DNA of 64,000 nucleotides from a virus: the IMG/VR virus record IMGVR_UViG_3300028840_003271, positions 1 through 64,000 of that record; one strand, written 5' to 3'. A program made the position numbers and the translations under genes. Positions 58,895-64,000 of the stretch are shown one piece after another. Below the pieces are notes generated by a model. It was not told the DNA's origin, did not search any database, and was given only the letters and a program-made list of their open reading frames with translations. The first letter of the stretch is position 1. Every line of letters starts with the position of its first letter.

Positions 58895-59266
58895 TTAGTC
58901 ATCCAAATTAATAAGAACAATTGAACCAGAATCAGCAAGTTGCTGTAACTTAGTATTTAGATATTCATCATAGTAACTAATATCTGCTTGAATAAAATAA
59001 TAATCTGGATATTGACTTACTGTTTGAACAATTTCATCACCTTTGATGTAAAAATCAATCATACCATCTTTAATTTTATGTCTAAAAATGTCATTATCAT
59101 ATTCAATACTTGTTTTATTATAACGATAACTATGTGTTTCAATTAAGTCTTTAATATCTACAGATGTAGATTGACCACAAGTTGGACAAGCTTTACTTTC
59201 TTGTGGATAACCAATAACGAATGAGGATGAACTACTGTTACTTACAAATCCTGATCTAATTTTCAT
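58895..59266 (-). CDS. MKIRxGFVSNSSSSSF-family protein 1 (CPTCG knuckle)
   Basis: N-terminus MKIRSGFVSNSSSSSFV. Confidence 0.85.
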   Translation of the reverse strand: MKIRSGFVSNSSSSSFVIGYPQESKACPTCGQSTSVDIKDLIETHSYRYNKTSIEYDNDIFRHKIKDGMIDFYIKGDEIVQTVSQYPDYYFIQADISYYDEYLNTKLQQLADSGSIVLINLDD

Positions 59267-59283
59267 TTTATTTCTTCTTTTTT

Positions 59284-59787
59284 TTAATTAACAACTAAAA
59301 TTTGAATATTACTATATTGATGAATATTATCTATTTCTGTAATAGGAACGTTTTTGACTAATTCGGTTTCATCATAAACAGCTTTAATAGAATTGTGACT
59401 ATATTTGGACACACATAATATGTTATCATTAATTTTATATATATGATAATTTTGTTTAAAATTAGGAATTTGGACAGAACTTGTTATTGAATGAATATGT
59501 ACTAAATCATTTTTAATTTCTTGATTTACCATAATAGAATAACCATGTCTAATGGATCCATGTTTTGTTTTTAATTTCGGATATATTTCAAAATATCTTG
59601 TTGTATAAGGACAAATATTTAATTTTGCTATATGAAAATTATTTTCGTCTAAAATTAGAAGAAATAGATTTAAACTATCTGTATGAGCAACATAACTAAA
59701 CTGTTGTTCAGAACTAAATTCCATATGAAAAAGTGATACTGGACGATATCCACATTCACTCGGCAACACATGTTCTAATAGTTTCAT
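59284..59787 (-). CDS. Hypothetical protein
   Basis: 167-aa ORF, AAGGA upstream. Confidence 0.55.
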   Translation of the reverse strand: MKLLEHVLPSECGYRPVSLFHMEFSSEQQFSYVAHTDSLNLFLLILDENNFHIAKLNICPYTTRYFEIYPKLKTKHGSIRHGYSIMVNQEIKNDLVHIHSITSSVQIPNFKQNYHIYKINDNILCVSKYSHNSIKAVYDETELVKNVPITEIDNIHQYSNIQILVVN

Positions 59788-60013
59788 TACATGTTTCCTT
59801 TTTGTTTCTAGTTACATAACAAGTGTTTTTGGTTTCAGGAAATTTAGTGGTTGCGTTTGTAATACTCAAAGTTTTTATTTTAGTAGAATTTGTAATTTTT
59901 TCTTTTTTTGAAGAAACGGTTTTATTATTTGTTAAAAATTTTAATATATCACTATTTGTAATGTTAAATACTGGTGTACTACTATTACTAATAAAATTAA
60001 CACGAACTTTTAT
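59756..60013 (-). pseudogene. Degenerate sixth MKIR-family ORF with ATA start (85 aa; not in ORF track)
   Basis: GGAG-N7-ATA AAA GTT CGT GTT AAT TTT ATT AGT AAT AGT AGT ACA CCA GTA TTT = (I)KVRVNFISNSSTPVF; open to TGA at 59756. Confidence 0.6.
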
Positions 60014-60300
60014 TTTTGTTCTCCGTTAATTGGTAGTCCAGTTTCAGACAGTGGTAATGAACATCCATAAAGCATTTTCCAATCTGGAAATTTATTTTTA
60101 GCATGACTAATAGCAGACTCTATTACCATAGGCATTGGTAGATCATATGTTAAAAAAGACATAGTATTTCGTCTTCCTAATCTAATCCAAAGCAACTTTT
60201 CTTCTTTTTCATTTTTATTTTTGTTTTTGTTTGATTTTTTTCCAAACACTGTTAACACCTTTTGGTTGAGTGCCGTGTAACAATAAAGCAAAATTTCCAC
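60010..60300 (-). CDS. Hypothetical protein (true start uncertain)
   Basis: Overlaps the GP88-like gene; only the C-terminal part fills a gap. Confidence 0.4.
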   Translation of the reverse strand: MEILLYCYTALNQKVLTVFGKKSNKNKNKNEKEEKLLWIRLGRRNTMSFLTYDLPMPMVIESAISHAKNKFPDWKMLYGCSLPLSETGLPINGEQK

Positions 60301-60916
60301 GATTTGTTAAAGCGTGTAATTCAGTAGAACTAACGGGTAAAGATAAAGACCGTGCTGATTTTTTTGTAAATAAAACACGACTATTTTTAAGACGGTATTT
60401 TTCAATTAAAAAGTCGTGAGTTCCTCCATATGATGCTGTTAAAATAAAATTCGGAGGAACTTCACGACGACATTCTATCCAAAACGGCAATGCTTTAGTA
60501 TAAGCATAAAATTTTATATCTGGATGTTTTTCTGCTAGTTTACACGCTGCTTGAAAATATTCCTTTTTGAAAAAATCACCAGCAGTATGAAATCGTATAA
60601 TTGAAGCATCAATAGGAAGTGTGCGGTCCATCAAGTTAGTTAGGTTATTCACACCACGAGTACTTTTTATACACTCAAAATTAGATTTATGGAGAGAAAA
60701 AGTATGTGGATATAACGCTTCCAATGATACAGCATAACATCTAAATTTACACGACGGACTATCTTTTACTTTACGTTGTCCATCTATTATTACTACTTTT
60801 GATTTACAATCTTTAGCAAAAGGACAAGAATATCCCGCTAATAAATCAAGCGAGTAAACCTTTCCTGTAAAAGGAATTTTTTTAAGTTTGGTGTTTGCTG
60901 GACTATATTTTAACAT
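60215..60916 (-). CDS. GP88-like phage protein
   Basis: NTKL, LLAGYSCP..C...CYA, IRFHTAGDF, FYAYTK, PPNF.L.AS. Confidence 0.75.
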   Translation of the reverse strand: MLKYSPANTKLKKIPFTGKVYSLDLLAGYSCPFAKDCKSKVVIIDGQRKVKDSPSCKFRCYAVSLEALYPHTFSLHKSNFECIKSTRGVNNLTNLMDRTLPIDASIIRFHTAGDFFKKEYFQAACKLAEKHPDIKFYAYTKALPFWIECRREVPPNFILTASYGGTHDFLIEKYRLKNSRVLFTKKSARSLSLPVSSTELHALTNRGNFALLLHGTQPKGVNSVWKKIKQKQK

Positions 60917-60918
60917 TT

Positions 60919-61332
60919 TTATTTTATTTTATTCACCTGTAAGTAAAGATTAGTTACAAAAGTGTCTTGTGGACGATTAAAAATTAGATTATGATTCACT
61001 CTTAACCAATCAGACACACAATATAAAAATCCTCCACAACATTTTCTTTTATTATCTACAATTCTAGGAGTGTATCTATATGCTTTTGCCCAAAGGTGTG
61101 AAGGTTGATATGAACACAAAGAAATTGGAATTAAATACTTGTTATTAACACCTGAAGGTTTGCCTTTCCAAAGAGTTAATTTAATTTTTTGTGGCTTACA
61201 TCCTAGCTTTTTAATAAATAGTCTTGGACACAATGTAGTTGTGCCTGAAGAAAAATTCAATCTATATTTTCGGTGTTGCAAATTCGCTACTCGACTAAAC
61301 AATATTTGAGACATTCTATTTCTCCTATACAA
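60919..61332 (-). CDS. Hypothetical protein (probably starts at MSQILF after AGGAG)
   Basis: 137-aa ORF. Confidence 0.55.
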   Translation of the reverse strand: MYRRNRMSQILFSRVANLQHRKYRLNFSSGTTTLCPRLFIKKLGCKPQKIKLTLWKGKPSGVNNKYLIPISLCSYQPSHLWAKAYRYTPRIVDNKRKCCGGFLYCVSDWLRVNHNLIFNRPQDTFVTNLYLQVNKIK

Positions 61333-61597
61333 TTAGAAATTAATAGATACAATAGATACTAATAGTAACAACTTGTTTGTTTTTGATACAATAGTATTAT
61401 TGAGGGAAAAAAGTATAATGTAAAGATTACCTTACTAATACTATAACTATTTTCTTTCCTCTATAAATACTTTTTATTAGCAGGTTAGAAGTTTTTACTG
61501 GATGATTTATTTTTAGTGGAAGTATAACTTTTTATTGTAACTTTTTTATGATGTTTTTGACAATTTGATACTATATAGATACATATAGAGCGAACAT

Positions 61598-61638
61598 CCT
61601 CTATTATTACAGTACCAACTTTTTGCCAAAAGTGAAGT
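61598..61638 (-). promoter_or_regulatory. Putative phage promoter, copy B
   Basis: Minus strand ACTTCACT-N14-GGTACTGTAATAATAGAGG in the largest intergenic gap; 33/41 identical to copy A. Confidence 0.65.
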
Positions 61639-61702
61639 AGAAAAATGCTAATTTTGTCCAACTTTTACATAAGTTTTACATTTTACCTCTGACGAGGGGG
61701 TG

Positions 61703-62062
61703 TTATTCGTCATATTCAATCTGTAAATAGACAGTTTTACCAATATATGGAGTAAGTTTTTTACCCACCTTTTCGTTATCATAATATTCTTGATGACTTA
61801 GTCCATTATTACGAAAGCGAATACTAACCACGGGGTATTCAGATTGGTGATAATACTCGTAAGTGTTTTTAACAATTCTTACTGGTTTTCTGTCCGGTGA
61901 TTTTTGATTGTGTAAACTAATTATAACGTTTTTAACGTTACTAGGAATTTTAAATTGACGAAGTAAATTATCAAAACCCCCACCACAAAACACTTCGCCA
62001 TTATTGTCATGCCATTGATTATAATATTCTTCATGTGTAAAGGGAACTTCACAAATTCTCAT
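61703..62062 (-). CDS. Hypothetical protein, paralog of 44198..44569
   Basis: Shared motifs listed under 44198. Confidence 0.65.
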   Translation of the reverse strand: MRICEVPFTHEEYYNQWHDNNGEVFCGGGFDNLLRQFKIPSNVKNVIISLHNQKSPDRKPVRIVKNTYEYYHQSEYPVVSIRFRNNGLSHQEYYDNEKVGKKLTPYIGKTVYLQIEYDE

Positions 62063-62074
62063 TTTCTTTTCTCC

Positions 62075-62572
62075 TTAAATTACTTTATAAGTTTCTTTGT
62101 CAATAGTAATTTCACGAATTCTATCAAGACGATAATCTTTTAAAACAATTGGATTTTCTATACCCTGATTGGTTGGTGATTTGTCCGTTTGTAACATATC
62201 TGAAAAGTCTGATGGATTTATTCTTCTTTTAATAAAACCAGTTTTGTGAAAATATTGTGTTTTATATACATGTTGAAGTTTAAGTTCAAGATACTGATTT
62301 CCATTATGTTCAACGAATGGAGTTTTTGGAATACGAAATCCCCATCGTCTCATATGACTTGAAAAATTAGCCGGTTTACCCTCTTTTGTTCTTTGTTTAT
62401 TTACAGCATTGCTATAAATCCAGTTAATAACTCCATTTACTTTTGACTTTTTAATAAAGCGACCTTTATACTTTTTCTTACCTGGATCTGTTTCAACAAC
62501 AAGAGTGACTATTTTTGTTCCACTCAAATTTTGTAGCATTTTTACTAAATCGTGACGCTTAATGGTTTTCAT
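62075..62572 (-). CDS. Hypothetical phage protein
   Basis: Y.NAVN.QR..EG, WG.RI..TPFVEH.G..YLE. Confidence 0.6.
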   Translation of the reverse strand: MKTIKRHDLVKMLQNLSGTKIVTLVVETDPGKKKYKGRFIKKSKVNGVINWIYSNAVNKQRTKEGKPANFSSHMRRWGFRIPKTPFVEHNGNQYLELKLQHVYKTQYFHKTGFIKRRINPSDFSDMLQTDKSPTNQGIENPIVLKDYRLDRIREITIDKETYKVI

Positions 62573-63018
62573 TATATTTTCCTTACTGTACGAGTGTGAA
62601 TTTCTACATCTTCTAAACTAGAAAAATAACCTTCCCACGGAACATAATTATATTCACCTCCTTTATAGGTTTTATTATATATTGCTTCTGACACATTATA
62701 TGCTTCATCATATGTTGCATAAACCCCTTCAATATAAAAATTTCCATGACTTGTTCCAAAAGTATCTCCATCTTTATAACGGACAACCACAATATGAACT
62801 TCGCTTCCTTCTTTAGCATGAAAGAAAACTTTTTCTCGATGTTTTTCCCATCCAACCGTTTTACTTTTATTTATTTTTTCTTCTTCTCCAATATATACTT
62901 GTTTCAATACAAAATCTATATAAGTTGGATTTTGGCTTGGCGGCCACTCTTCATTTTCTTCACCTGCTCGAATACCACCACCAGTAGTCATTTCTGAATA
63001 ACTAATGTAAACATACAC
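62572..63018 (-). CDS. Hypothetical phage protein
   Basis: VVRY.DGDTFG, PW.GYF. Confidence 0.6.
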   Translation of the reverse strand: MYVYISYSEMTTGGGIRAGEENEEWPPSQNPTYIDFVLKQVYIGEEEKINKSKTVGWEKHREKVFFHAKEGSEVHIVVVRYKDGDTFGTSHGNFYIEGVYATYDEAYNVSEAIYNKTYKGGEYNYVPWEGYFSSLEDVEIHTRTVRKI

Positions 63019-63049
63019 TATTCATTCCTCCATAAAGAGAGTTTAGTTG

Positions 63050-63751
63050 CTAACTATATGTATAAGAGAGACATTTATTTTGCTCTGTTTTTGGAAATTG
63101 AAAAGTAAATTTTAATTCTTCAAGTTTTCGTGGTGAAATATCTTTGTAACATCGACTGTCTTGATATGCTTCAATATCATTTAGTTCTTGACAAATTTCC
63201 CAGTAGTCATGAATATGAATGTTACCAACTGTTGGTGATTCTAAACAATCACAAGGTTTAATGTCTCCATTAGGTTTAATCATAACGTCACACCCAAAAC
63301 ATTCTTCACTACCTTCTAAACATCTTCCACTTTTTATAAGATTTTCGGAAGTATTTCTTATTGCTTTAAATCCACTAGTATTATAACGACAGGTTCCTAA
63401 CGCTTGAAAAACCCTAACTACTTCTTTATCTATTGGTTCATGAAATTTATCTTGAGACAGTTCAGCATGTATAACATTTTTTTGAGTTAGTTTTGCTAGT
63501 AACAATGCTCGTTCTTTTAGTTTACCATTAGTGATAATACTAACGTAGTTTACAGACGCTATTGCTAGACATAATATTTTTTCAAATTCAGGATGTATTG
63601 TTGGTTCACCACCACCTAGACAGATAAATTCATCAGTAAACTCTAGACATTTTTTAAACGTGAATAAACTCATATCTTCACCATTTGAAGTACAAGCAAA
63701 TCCACAATGACTACAATGCATATTACATTTTGAAGTTATTTGAACGTACAT
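63050..63751 (-). CDS. Short radical SAM protein
   Basis: CNMHCSHC, GGGEPT.HP, TNG, C...D..I.P.G.I.PC. Confidence 0.9.
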   Translation of the reverse strand: MYVQITSKCNMHCSHCGFACTSNGEDMSLFTFKKCLEFTDEFICLGGGEPTIHPEFEKILCLAIASVNYVSIITNGKLKERALLLAKLTQKNVIHAELSQDKFHEPIDKEVVRVFQALGTCRYNTSGFKAIRNTSENLIKSGRCLEGSEECFGCDVMIKPNGDIKPCDCLESPTVGNIHIHDYWEICQELNDIEAYQDSRCYKDISPRKLEELKFTFQFPKTEQNKCLSYTYS

Positions 63752-63763
63752 ATGTCTATTCTC

Positions 63764-64000
63764 TCATGTAAAAATTGGTCCACTCCAATGAACATCTTCA
63801 ATAGAAGTTGCTCCAAAAAATTCAACTGCTGCTAATTTAATATCTTTTCCTGATGTGTCTGGTGGAAAATGTTCTAAAATATCTTCATCAACTAACAAAA
63901 TTTTTCTACTATCATATCTACACAGTGCTAACGACAGTAATTTTCCTCCACCTTTAGGGTGAACTGGACGAATGTACAAACGATAAGGTTTAGTAGACAT
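63764..64000 (-). CDS. Hypothetical protein
   Basis: 78-aa ORF at the window edge. Confidence 0.5.
   Translation of the reverse strand: MSTKPYRLYIRPVHPKGGGKLLSLALCRYDSRKILLVDEDILEHFPPDTSGKDIKLAAVEFFGATSIEDVHWSGPIFT

Noticed and set aside
55978-59266. MKIRxG/F as a type IV prepilin cleavage site
   Set aside because: G-F is followed by polar VSNSSSSS, with no Glu at +5 and no hydrophobic helix.
5141-60029. All plus-strand ORFs in the track and short nested minus-strand ORFs
   Set aside because: Short, motif-less and antisense to or inside well-supported minus-strand genes; 59823..60029(+) is the antisense shadow of the ATA-start MKIR ORF.
1-64000. Stop-codon reassignment suggested by the release-factor-like gene
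   Set aside because: Genes tile densely in the standard code and TAA, TAG and TGA all end full-length recognisable proteins; no suppressor tRNA seen.
1-64000. Eukaryotic giant virus or bacterial capsule locus as the source
   Set aside because: Shine-Dalgarno motifs, ATGA/TAATG coupling, rIIA/rIIB, DUF932 and a sigma-like gene, with no export or housekeeping context, point to a bacteriophage.

Overview
AT-rich, very densely coding 64-kb segment. Essentially every real gene is on the minus strand, with GGAG/AGGA Shine-Dalgarno motifs and ATGA/TAATG overlaps, read in the standard code. Gene content (rIIA/rIIB, DUF932, GP88-like, RuvB, RNA ligase, DHFR, sigma-like factor, free-standing LAGLIDADG endonuclease, a tRNA-CAT, many small ORFans) indicates a large or jumbo tailed phage. 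No structural or core replication genes are in the window. In transcription order (right to left): (i) an accessory region (64-44 kb) holding five intact ORFs plus one ATA-start degenerate ORF that share only the N-terminal motif MKIRxGFVSNSSSSSF and are arrayed around a radical SAM enzyme, which is the best candidate for an undescribed system, and a Zn-ribbon/RuvA-CTD-like gene coupled to ruvB; (ii) a ~29-kb glycan synthesis and decoration island (44-14.5 kb) built from paralogous glycosyltransferases, sulfotransferases, methyltransferases, two AsnB amidotransferases and nucleotidyltransferases, with a homing endonuclease that appears to have displaced the original kdsB 3' end; (iii) an exported protease/thioredoxin/membrane-protein module with an initiator-like tRNA and a pseudoknot/terminator element; (iv) purine salvage genes, a GT4, a sigma-like factor and an 18x8-aa repeat protein. 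A 41-bp promoter-like motif occurs twice, 47 kb apart. All family assignments are by-eye motif recognition, not database searches.
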